A stretch of 64,000 nt of DNA. Source: Bacteroidota bacterium. GTDB taxonomy: Bacteria; Bacteroidota; Bacteroidia; 2-12-FULL-35-15. The stretch's first letter is position 1; each line of letters starts with the position of its first letter. Under the pieces are notes generated by a model. That model made no database searches and had not been told where the DNA came from. It worked only from the letters and a program-made list of their open reading frames with translations. Positions 48,150-57,442 of the stretch are shown piece by piece. Made by a program: the position numbers and the translations under genes. Location of the stretch: positions 88,945-152,944 of the forward strand of contig CANNHN010000003.1 of NCBI GenBank assembly GCA_947504725.1, in the 5' to 3' direction.

Positions 48150-49238
48150 ATGAGCATTACAGCAGAACAAGTTTTAGAAGCCTTAAAAAATGTAGAAGAC
48201 CCCGATTTAAAGAAAGATTTGGTGACCTTGGGTATGATTAAAGATTTAGTGGTAGATGGTAAAAATGTAAACTTTACTGTTGTGCTTACTACGCCTGCAT
48301 GTCCTATGAAAGAAATGATTCACAAAGCGTGCGTTAATGCCGTTTTGCATTTTGTAGATAAAGAAGCGATTGTAAAAGTAGAGATGACCTCAAATGTTAC
48401 TTCTGGAAAAGTAAATTCTGGCCCACTATTACCACAAGTGAAAAATATAATAGCTGTTGCATCCGGTAAAGGTGGAGTAGGGAAATCTACTATTGCTTCC
48501 AACTTGGCTGTAGCCTTGGCAAAACAAGGCGCTAAAGTTGGCTTGGTAGATGCGGATATTTACGGACCATCTCAAACCATTATGTTTGACGTGGTGCATG
48601 AAAGACCATTGATTAAATCGATTGATGGAAAAAATAAAATAGTTCCTGTTGAAAGTTATGGGGTAAAATTATTGTCCATCGGATTTTTTGCTGATACATC
48701 TCAAGCAATTGTATGGCGAGGACCAATGGCTGCAAAAGCATTAACACAAATGTTTGCCGATGCTGATTGGGGTGAATTAGATTATATGATTATTGATTTA
48801 CCTCCAGGTACTGGTGATATTCATTTATCGTTGGTTGGTGCAATTCCTTTGAATGGTGTTGTGATTGTAAGTACGCCACAAAATGTAGCGTTGGCTGATG
48901 CACAAAAAGGAGTTGGAATGTTCCAGATGGAATCTATCAACGTGCCCGTATTGGGCATTGTAGAAAACATGGCCTATTTTACACCAGCTGAACTTCCGAA
49001 CAATAAATATTATATCTTTGGTAAGGACGGAGCAAAAACGCTTGCAGAAAAATTGGGTGTTCCTTTATTAGGCGAAATTCCATTAGTGCAAAGTATTTGT
49101 GAAGCAGGTGATGCTGGTCGTCCAGCTGTCATGCAAGAAAGTACACCTCAAGCATTGGCTTTTATGGAAATGGCTAGTAAAATTGCGCAACAAGTTTCGA
49201 TTGTAAATAGTCAGAGGCAGCTGGTTACGAGTAACTAA
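48150..49238 (+). CDS. apbC: Mrp/NBP35-family iron-sulfur cluster carrier ATPase (ApbC), with an N-terminal DUF59/MIP18-like domain
   Basis: The P-loop is VASGKGGVGKSTIASNLA. The CxxC cluster-binding pair is CEAGDAGRP. It is 362 aa long. Confidence 0.8.
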   Translation: MSITAEQVLEALKNVEDPDLKKDLVTLGMIKDLVVDGKNVNFTVVLTTPACPMKEMIHKACVNAVLHFVDKEAIVKVEMTSNVTSGKVNSGPLLPQVKNIIAVASGKGGVGKSTIASNLAVALAKQGAKVGLVDADIYGPSQTIMFDVVHERPLIKSIDGKNKIVPVESYGVKLLSIGFFADTSQAIVWRGPMAAKALTQMFADADWGELDYMIIDLPPGTGDIHLSLVGAIPLNGVVIVSTPQNVALADAQKGVGMFQMESINVPVLGIVENMAYFTPAELPNNKYYIFGKDGAKTLAEKLGVPLLGEIPLVQSICEAGDAGRPAVMQESTPQALAFMEMASKIAQQVSIVNSQRQLVTSN

Positions 49239-49299
49239 GAAAAAAGTAGACAATTGTCAGTAGACAAGAAAAATAAATAAAAAATAGACAAATGTTTTT

Positions 49300-49325
49300 G
49301 TCACTTCGAGCGGAGTCGAGAAGCG
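49300..49325. repeat. Family-A repeat half-site, ending 1 nt before the NifU-like start codon
   Basis: The sequence is gtcacttcgagcggagtcgagaagcg, followed immediately by the ATG at 49326. Confidence 0.65.
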
Positions 49326-49595
49326 ATGGACGTAATTCATAATACGATGATAGACCTTTCAAAAAAAGTAGAAGAAGCATTAGATCAAATTCGTCCATAT
49401 TTGCAAGCGGATGGTGGCAATGTTTCGTTGGTTGAAATTACAGATGATTTTGTCGTAAAAGTGGAATTACTTGGTGCATGCAAATCATGTTCAATGAGTA
49501 TGATGACCATGAAAGCAGGAATTGAAGAATCCATCAAAAGATCCGTGCCTGAAATTAAAAGCGTAGAAGCCGTTAACTTGTCATTAGCTATTTAA
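49326..49595 (+). CDS. NifU-like (Nfu-type) Fe-S cluster assembly domain protein
   Basis: An 89-aa protein. VEEALDQIRPYLQADGGNVSLVEI...LGACKSCSMS is the NifU C-terminal domain, with a CxxC motif. Confidence 0.7.
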   Translation: MDVIHNTMIDLSKKVEEALDQIRPYLQADGGNVSLVEITDDFVVKVELLGACKSCSMSMMTMKAGIEESIKRSVPEIKSVEAVNLSLAI

Positions 49596-50945
49596 ATGAA
49601 AAACCTTATCACCTTATCACTTATCACTGTATCACTTTTTTCATGCACTCCAGAAATTGAGATGCCAGAACCAAGTGCAGGTGATGCTGATTTTTCGAAG
49701 ATGATTGCTGTGGGTGGAAATTATTTGGCTGGATATCAAGATGGCGCTTTGTATGAAAAAGGACAACGACTTTCTATTCCTGCTTTGTTAGCAGAACAAT
49801 TTAAATTGGTGGGCGGTCCAACATTCGGGCAAGCATTGATGCCAGATAACAATGGGTTAGGAGTGAATAGTAAACTTTGGGAAAGTTGGTTCATTACTCC
49901 AAGTCATTTGGGAAATAAAACAAACTGTCAAGGTATTACTGCTCTTTCTCCCATAAAATATACGATTGGTACAACAGCTGCAACGCCTTATTTAACAGAT
50001 ATGGCAGGAAATGCAGTTCAGAATTTAGCAATTCCATTTGCAAGTCTTTCCGATTATATGAATCCATCTTTTGGATACAGTTCTTTTACTGGTAATACAA
50101 ATCCTTATTATGCGCGTATTGCAAGTAATCCTGGCACATCTACTTTGTACGAAGATGCTCGTCAGCAAAATGCCAGCTTTATTACAGCTTGGTTGGGAAT
50201 GGAAGATATTTACAATTTTGCAAGCAAAGGCGGAACCGGAGCTCCGATTCCATCTGCATCAAGTTTTGCAAACTATTTGGATACCATTTTAGGAGGATTA
50301 ACTGCAAGTGGTGCCAAAGGAGTTATTGCAAATATTCCAGATTTTAGAAATTACCCTTATTACACATTGGTCGCTTGGGACAATGCAGTATTGGTGCGCC
50401 AAACGCAAGTCGATTCATTGATGGATATTTATACACTTGCCGGTTTAACACATTTAAATTTTGCATTGGGTAGAAATGGATTTGTAATAAATGATCCTGC
50501 AGCTGTTGGTGGTGTTCGTCAAATGCATGCCGGTGAATACATTACACTTTCTGTTCCAATCGATTCGATGAAATGTTATAAATATGGTTTGTTCTTCGAA
50601 ACAATAAACGATCGTTATATTTTGGATAGTACAGAAGTATACGAAATTGACCAAGCCATAAATTCTTACAATGCAGTGATTGCTCAAAAAGCGAATCAAT
50701 ATAATTTAGCGTTAGTGGATATGCATTCTTATATGAGTAGTGTTTATACTGGAATCAAATGGAATGGAGTTGATATGAATATGACATTTGTGAGTGGTGG
50801 CTTTTTAAGTTTAGATGGTTATCACCCGAATCAAAAAGGCTATTCTTTGATTGCGAATGAATTTATTAAAGCAATCAATTCTAAATACAATGCGACCATT
50901 CCGGAAGTGTATTGTACGGAGTGTGATGGGGTGAAGTTTCCTTAA
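49596..50945 (+). CDS. lipoprotein, probable SGNH/GDSL-type hydrolase
   Basis: The lipobox is LSLITVSLFSC. The C-terminal LDGYHPNQKGY contains the DxxH catalytic dyad typical of SGNH hydrolases. The assignment is tentative. Confidence 0.4.
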   Translation: MKNLITLSLITVSLFSCTPEIEMPEPSAGDADFSKMIAVGGNYLAGYQDGALYEKGQRLSIPALLAEQFKLVGGPTFGQALMPDNNGLGVNSKLWESWFITPSHLGNKTNCQGITALSPIKYTIGTTAATPYLTDMAGNAVQNLAIPFASLSDYMNPSFGYSSFTGNTNPYYARIASNPGTSTLYEDARQQNASFITAWLGMEDIYNFASKGGTGAPIPSASSFANYLDTILGGLTASGAKGVIANIPDFRNYPYYTLVAWDNAVLVRQTQVDSLMDIYTLAGLTHLNFALGRNGFVINDPAAVGGVRQMHAGEYITLSVPIDSMKCYKYGLFFETINDRYILDSTEVYEIDQAINSYNAVIAQKANQYNLALVDMHSYMSSVYTGIKWNGVDMNMTFVSGGFLSLDGYHPNQKGYSLIANEFIKAINSKYNATIPEVYCTECDGVKFP

Positions 50946-50960
50946 TGGAACGCGGATAAT

Positions 50961-51044
50961 GCGCCCTTCGACTCCGCTCAGGGTGACGTTCTAATGAATG
51001 TTACTCTCTGCCGTCACACTGAGCGGAGTCGAAGTGTAAGGGCT
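50961..51044. repeat. Family-A repeat, inverted pair forming a ~27-bp-arm hairpin
   Basis: The left arm gcgcccttcgactccgctcagggtgac (50961-50987) and the right arm gtcacactgagcggagtcgaagtgtaagggc (51014-51044) are reverse complements apart from a 4-nt insertion. Confidence 0.7.
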
Positions 51045-51077
51045 AAAAACATCAATAGCATCGAATAGTACTTTAAA

Positions 51078-51737
51078 ATGAAAAAACTAATCATAATCTT
51101 TTTCTTTTTTCCTACACTTGCTTTCTCGCAAGGAACATTTGATGTCGTTTATACAACCACAGATAGTATGGTTTACGATACTCCAGGTGCTTTTATGTCA
51201 ATTCATACTACCATTCATAATTTATCTGCAACGGATAGTGTTAAACTAAATATTTTCAAGCAGTTTATTGATATTCCTTCCACTTGGGAAACAGCAATTT
51301 GCACAGATGTTTGTTATCCTTCAACAGTAAATTCAGTTAATTTATCTTTAGCTCCTTCTGATAGTCAAGAATTTGTTTTTTATTTTTATACAGATTTAGT
51401 TGCTGATAGTGGTTATGCTAAAGTGTTGTACACAAATTTAAATATTCCTAGCAATACGGTTTTGCATGGCTATCATGGAATCACACAATCTCCGTTAGGT
51501 ATTTCTGAAAAAGAAGAAGCAACATTTTCTGTTTATCCGAATCCTGCAACGGATGTGATTAATGTGAAATCAAATTCAACCGGATTCTATATCATCTCGG
51601 ATGCTTTAGGTTGTGTTGTGTTGAAAGGTAGATTAGCAACCATACAATCAAGTATAGCAATTAGTAATCTTTCAAAAGGATTTTATTTTTTGACAATACA
51701 AGGGCAGGGGAAGAGTGTGAAAATTTTGAAACAGTAA
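51078..51737 (+). CDS. T9SS type-A C-terminal sorting-domain protein (small secreted cargo of unknown function)
   Basis: It has a signal peptide. The C-terminal ~70 aa, FSVYPNPATDVINVKSN...GFYFLTIQGQGKSVKILKQ, is the Por_Secre_tail pattern. Confidence 0.65.
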   Translation: MKKLIIIFFFFPTLAFSQGTFDVVYTTTDSMVYDTPGAFMSIHTTIHNLSATDSVKLNIFKQFIDIPSTWETAICTDVCYPSTVNSVNLSLAPSDSQEFVFYFYTDLVADSGYAKVLYTNLNIPSNTVLHGYHGITQSPLGISEKEEATFSVYPNPATDVINVKSNSTGFYIISDALGCVVLKGRLATIQSSIAISNLSKGFYFLTIQGQGKSVKILKQ

Positions 51738-51741
51738 TTTT

Positions 51742-52392
51742 TTACTCCAAAACAATCTTCTTAGTCAAAACTTTATCGGCAACAAGTACTTGTACGAAAT
51801 AAATCCCGCTCCGTAAATCACCTCTGTCTATTGCTAAAGTTTTTTCAGTAGTTGAAACAGTCTTCACCATTTTTCCCGTAACATCATACAGCTTAATAGT
51901 AGTTGCAGTGTTATTTAATTCACTTAGATCTAAATTGATGATAGTGGTTGCAGGATTTGGATATATATTGAAAGAAACGTTTGATGCAAGTTCATTTATT
52001 CCAACCGAGCAAGTCATTGGATAGCTGTAAGCACAAGCCGGCAAAGAATCTGTTGGGTCATCCAAATAAACAGTTCCAGTAAATCCAGCTGAAATGCTAT
52101 CAACTGAGGTTGGAATAGTGTGTGCAACAGTATCGCCAGCTAACTGTCCGAAAAAGTAATATAGAGTATCGATATTTGCAATGGTATCTCCCAACGAATT
52201 GGTTACTACAACTATCGGATAATTTATAAAAACACTATCGCCATTGTAAATAGTAACATCAAGTGTGTTGCTTCCTGCTGTATCAACATTGTTAATGTTG
52301 AGTATGCAAAAACTTCCGCAAGTAATATTTTGTGATTTACTAGAAAAAGTAAATGCGATGATAGCGATGGAAAGGAGTAGTAATTTTTTCAT
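51742..52392 (-). CDS. T9SS type-A C-terminal sorting-domain protein (small secreted cargo of unknown function)
   Basis: The C-terminus is FNIYPNPATTIINLDLS...GIYFVQVLVADKVLTKKIVLE. The ATG at 52392 (MKKLLLLSIAIIAF) is the likely start. The ORF-track GTG start at 52431 extends into the Family-B repeat. Confidence 0.65.
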   Translation of the reverse strand: MKKLLLLSIAIIAFTFSSKSQNITCGSFCILNINNVDTAGSNTLDVTIYNGDSVFINYPIVVVTNSLGDTIANIDTLYYFFGQLAGDTVAHTIPTSVDSISAGFTGTVYLDDPTDSLPACAYSYPMTCSVGINELASNVSFNIYPNPATTIINLDLSELNNTATTIKLYDVTGKMVKTVSTTEKTLAIDRGDLRSGIYFVQVLVADKVLTKKIVLE

Positions 52393-52420
52393 AATAATGA
52401 TTTCAATTCTGCACTTAAAT

Positions 52421-52465
52421 GAGATTGCCACATCACGCTAAAAAGCGTGACTCGCAATGACGTCC
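52421..52465. repeat. Family-B element, right half only (gagattgccacatc + hairpin + ctcgcaatgacg TIR)
   Basis: The sequence is gagattgccacatcacgctaaaaagcgtgactcgcaatgacgtcc. It is identical in architecture to the right halves of the copies at 47441-47487 and 59935-59980. It fills the gap between pyrG and the T9SS cargo gene. Confidence 0.65.
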
Positions 52466-52467
52466 AA

Positions 52468-54090
<1,623 letters not shown>

Positions 54091-54232
54091 CTAAATTTGA
54101 TTTCAGGTATTCCCTGACCAGAGGAACTGTTTGTAGGTCGTACAAAAGTAGTAATTATTTCCTCTGAATGGAGGGTGTATTGATAATTTGTTGAAAAAAG
54201 TAAGGCGGGTCGAATGAGTGCATATTTGGAAG

Positions 54233-54330
54233 TCGTCATGCCGTGCCACGACACGGCATCTGCCTGTTGATGGCGACTCGCCTACTAATCGGGAGATCCC
54301 GTGTCGGGGCACGGGATGACGTTTGAAAAG
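54233..54330. repeat. Family-C structured repeat, inverted pair of units
   Basis: Unit one is cgtcatgccgtgccacgacacggcatctgcc and unit two is gggagatcccgtgtcggggcacgggatgacg. They are reverse-complement-related to each other and to the copy at 23136-23180, and each unit is itself a hairpin. Confidence 0.6.
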
Positions 54331-54354
54331 ATGAAAATGTTTAGATACAAACAA

Positions 54355-54389
54355 AAAAGCTCCTTAGAATTAAGTACTAAGGAGCTTTT
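54355..54389 (-). terminator. rho-independent terminator downstream of the TonB-dependent receptor 54408-56771
   Basis: The sequence is aaaagctccttagaattaagtactaaggagctttt: a 10-bp perfect stem. On the minus strand it is followed by a U-run. Confidence 0.6.
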
Positions 54390-54407
54390 AAAAAGGTTTT
54401 GTATCTA

Positions 54408-56771
54408 CTAAAACGTCATCACTACAGCAATAGAAGGCAAGAATGGTAGCTGGTCTACACGTTTATACCGAACTCTATCAAAATAGAACACGTTTTTACG
54501 ACTATAAACATTTGTGGCTCCAGCAGATGCTTCTAATTTGGTATTTTCAAACAAAAGGAACGTACGTTTCAAATTGATATCTAAGCGATGGTACCAAGGC
54601 AATTCTTTTACTTGTCCCTCATCAAAAAAGTAATTCAAATCTCCTTGTCCGCTTACATAATTTGTATTGATTCCTTGCGTAAAATTTTGATCTTCATAAA
54701 ATCCACCTGTCGGTTTGAATGGGAATCCTGAACCTAGGTTCCATCGAACTCCAAATTCCCAATTGCGATTTTTTCCGAAAATATAAGATCCAACAATGTT
54801 TGCATTGTGTCTTCTGTCGAAATGTGGACGATATGTTTCAACTCCATCCCATCGATTTACAAATCCTAATGAATAAACTACCCATAAATAAACTCGTTTA
54901 TAGTCATATTTTAAAACAACATCAATTCCTTGAGCTCTTCCAGTCTCAATTATGAAATCGCTTTTTAAAATTTCCGGAATAGCTGAAGTGCTTTCATTAT
55001 CATCAAACATCTTGTTTGAATTCAAGTTTGTTAATTGTTTGAAATCTTTTCGGTAAGCCTCGATGTTTAGGTCTAAGTGACGAGCTAAATCAAATTCAAA
55101 GCCTGCAACATAGTGGTTAGCTTTTTGCAATTTGTGTTTAACATCTTTCACTTCTCCGTTTTCGGCAGTGTAATTTTCTGGTAAATTATCTGGGCCAGAA
55201 AGGAAACCATAAAACAAATTCACAACGTCTCTTTCGGAACTAGCTGCGATTAAGTTTTGTGAATACATCCCTGCTGCAAATTTAAATCGGATACGAGGCA
55301 CAATGTTCCATTTTAAACCCAAACGTGGTTCTGGAGAAAAGTTGGCTAACGATGCATAATACATCACACGGAAACTAGGTTCAAGTAATAGTTTTTTCTT
55401 TTTTGAAACGAATTTATATTTCACATATCCTGCAATTTCTGTGGTGCTTTCTGCTTGAGAAATTCTTCTGTTAGAAGGATTGTAAAAGTCGAAATCGGTT
55501 TTGAAACCCAATACTTCCAATCCGTAATTTATTTCGTTTTTACCCATAAAGTAAGTAAACCCGACACCCATATTAAATCCTTTGATGGCACTTGTTTTAA
55601 GTGAATCGCTTTGAGGTTTTAATTTGATTTTGTATTGTGAATAAGCGAAATTTCCAGTAATAAGAATTGGAGAATTTTGAGGAACCAATAAGAAATTGGC
55701 ACCACCACCATACGAATCCCAACGCATATCCTGCACCGATTTGTAACTAACTCTGTCATTAAAATTAAATCCAAAAAGATTTAGTTTACTTCCATTGTTT
55801 GTATTGAAAGAAACTTTTGCATAATAATCGTTAAAGCTGAATGGCAATCCTGCGGTATCAATATAGCTGTATAAAATCTTTGAAGTAGTTGGTAAGTAAG
55901 AAGTTTTTGCTGATATAATAAAAGATGCAGTTGCTTTACTATCATCCTTTTGTTTAATCAATGGACCTTCAGCTAAAACTTTTGCTCCAAATGGACTCAC
56001 CCCAATTTTACCAGCCACTCTGCGTTTATTACCATCTCTGGTAGTAATATCCATGATGGATGAAATTCTTCCTCCATATTCAGCTCCAAATCCACCACTA
56101 TAAACATCCGCATTACGAATAATATCTGCATCAAATACAGAAAACAAACCGATAGAGTGGAAAGGGTTATAAACAATCATACCATCCAAAAGAACTTTGT
56201 TTTGAATTGGTGAACCTCCACGAATATATAATTGTCCCCCTTGGTCACCAGTAAAAATAACCCCAGGTAATACCTGTAAATATTGTGCTAAATCGGGCTC
56301 GCCTCCAACGGATGGTAGTTTTTTGATTGTAATCGGGTCAATTTTATTTACAGAAATTTGTGTTTCAGTTTGTTTTGCTTCTTGTTCTGCCGAAATTTCA
56401 ATTACTTTTAATTTTACATCTGATTTGGTGATATATAATTTTTTTGTTAAAATTTCTCCAGCTTTTACAGTTACGTTTTCTTGCAAACTGTCATATCCCA
56501 TTGTCGAAGAGATCATAAGTGTATAATTTCCTACTGGTACTTTTGTTATAGAAAAATAACCGTTTACATCGGTCGCATTTCCAATTGTAGTTCCTTTCAA
56601 AACAACATTCGTAAATAACACAGGTTCTCCTGAATCTTTTAAATAAACAAATCCACGAATTGTTCCTGTAGCAGCTCCCGTTTGTGCAAAAGTGCTTGAA
56701 GAAAAGATGACGAAAAGCGCAAGGAATAATTGTTTAATTGATAATCTTGAGATACTCATATTTTGTAGCAA
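54408..56771 (-). CDS. TonB-dependent receptor with an N-terminal carboxypeptidase-regulatory-like domain
   Basis: It has a signal peptide. The CarbopepD_reg-like block is GTIRGFVYLKDSGEPV...DVNGYFSITKVPVGNYTL. The plug is next (…GGSPIQNKVLLDGM…), then a 22-strand barrel with a C-terminal aromatic residue. Confidence 0.8.
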   Translation of the reverse strand: MLQNMSISRLSIKQLFLALFVIFSSSTFAQTGAATGTIRGFVYLKDSGEPVLFTNVVLKGTTIGNATDVNGYFSITKVPVGNYTLMISSTMGYDSLQENVTVKAGEILTKKLYITKSDVKLKVIEISAEQEAKQTETQISVNKIDPITIKKLPSVGGEPDLAQYLQVLPGVIFTGDQGGQLYIRGGSPIQNKVLLDGMIVYNPFHSIGLFSVFDADIIRNADVYSGGFGAEYGGRISSIMDITTRDGNKRRVAGKIGVSPFGAKVLAEGPLIKQKDDSKATASFIISAKTSYLPTTSKILYSYIDTAGLPFSFNDYYAKVSFNTNNGSKLNLFGFNFNDRVSYKSVQDMRWDSYGGGANFLLVPQNSPILITGNFAYSQYKIKLKPQSDSLKTSAIKGFNMGVGFTYFMGKNEINYGLEVLGFKTDFDFYNPSNRRISQAESTTEIAGYVKYKFVSKKKKLLLEPSFRVMYYASLANFSPEPRLGLKWNIVPRIRFKFAAGMYSQNLIAASSERDVVNLFYGFLSGPDNLPENYTAENGEVKDVKHKLQKANHYVAGFEFDLARHLDLNIEAYRKDFKQLTNLNSNKMFDDNESTSAIPEILKSDFIIETGRAQGIDVVLKYDYKRVYLWVVYSLGFVNRWDGVETYRPHFDRRHNANIVGSYIFGKNRNWEFGVRWNLGSGFPFKPTGGFYEDQNFTQGINTNYVSGQGDLNYFFDEGQVKELPWYHRLDINLKRTFLLFENTKLEASAGATNVYSRKNVFYFDRVRYKRVDQLPFLPSIAVVMTF

Positions 56772-56989
56772 TTTATTAGATAATGCCTCTTTTTTAAAGG
56801 TTTGTAAATGTAATAATTTATTGCTTTAAAATTGGGGTAATTTTTTAGAATGCACATTCTTGGAGATAATCGGTGGTTTTTGAGGGGTAAATGGTAATTG
56901 ACTTTGATTTTTGATGATTTGTCACCCACTATTACATCTAGTATTTCAATCGGCTTCTTTACTTTTTGAAGGCAAAAAGTAACAAAAAC

Positions 56990-57340
56990 CTTTTCGATTT
57001 CATAAGGAAATTTCTTCCTTTCCTATCGGACGGAAGAACCACGGATAATTGATCGCATGCGATGTATTTCTCCGATAAGGAAATTTTTCTGGCGTTCATT
57101 ACCGCTATTTCTGGATGAAATCAAAACCGCCACCCCAAATGATTAAACATTCAACAATAAATCAAAGACGAATATATTTTGCGAAGACGCGGGTAAGCCA
57201 TGGCCGGGCGCGATGCCGTTTAGAGGTGAACGCCATTTCACTAGAAAATCTTAGCAAAAACTTTAGTTTTTTTGCTTAGGTTTTCAGGGAAATGGTGAGA
57301 GGCGGGAAGCAATCGCCCGGGCTTGATTCTTTTGTTTCTT
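56990..57340. ncRNA. candidate structured RNA (leader or small RNA) in the 670-bp spacer between the two TonB-dependent receptor genes; class unassigned, strand uncertain
   Basis: GC-rich islands in an AT-rich spacer form nested helices. An 11-bp helix ttcctatcgga/tccgataaggaa encloses the palindrome atcgcatgcgat (56990-57100). A long-range pairing ggccgggcg (57201-57209) / cgcccgggc (57314-57322) encloses the local hairpins agcaaaaa/tttttgct and gtgaa-atggcg-ttcac. No ORF is present. Confidence 0.25.
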
Positions 57341-57442
57341 TTCTGATCAAGCAGAAAAGAAAAGAAGAAAATTGCGGAGCAAGAATCAATATGGAGAATA
57401 CTCAAGTTATTTGAAGAGCACTAATCTTTGCTCAAATAGAAA

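Noticed and set aside
57181-57340. Assignment of the structured spacer to a known riboswitch class (cobalamin, TPP, SAM, glycine, fluoride) or to RNase P, SRP or tmRNA.
   Set aside because: I checked both strands for the class-defining conserved boxes. These were the B12 box (GCCACUG-type), the THI box (CUGAGA...ACCUGAUCUGGAUAAUGCCAGCG), SRP (GUCAGGUCCGGAAGGAAGCAGC), the tmRNA tail, and RNase P CR-I/CR-V. I found only weak partial resemblances, so I report it as an unclassified candidate.
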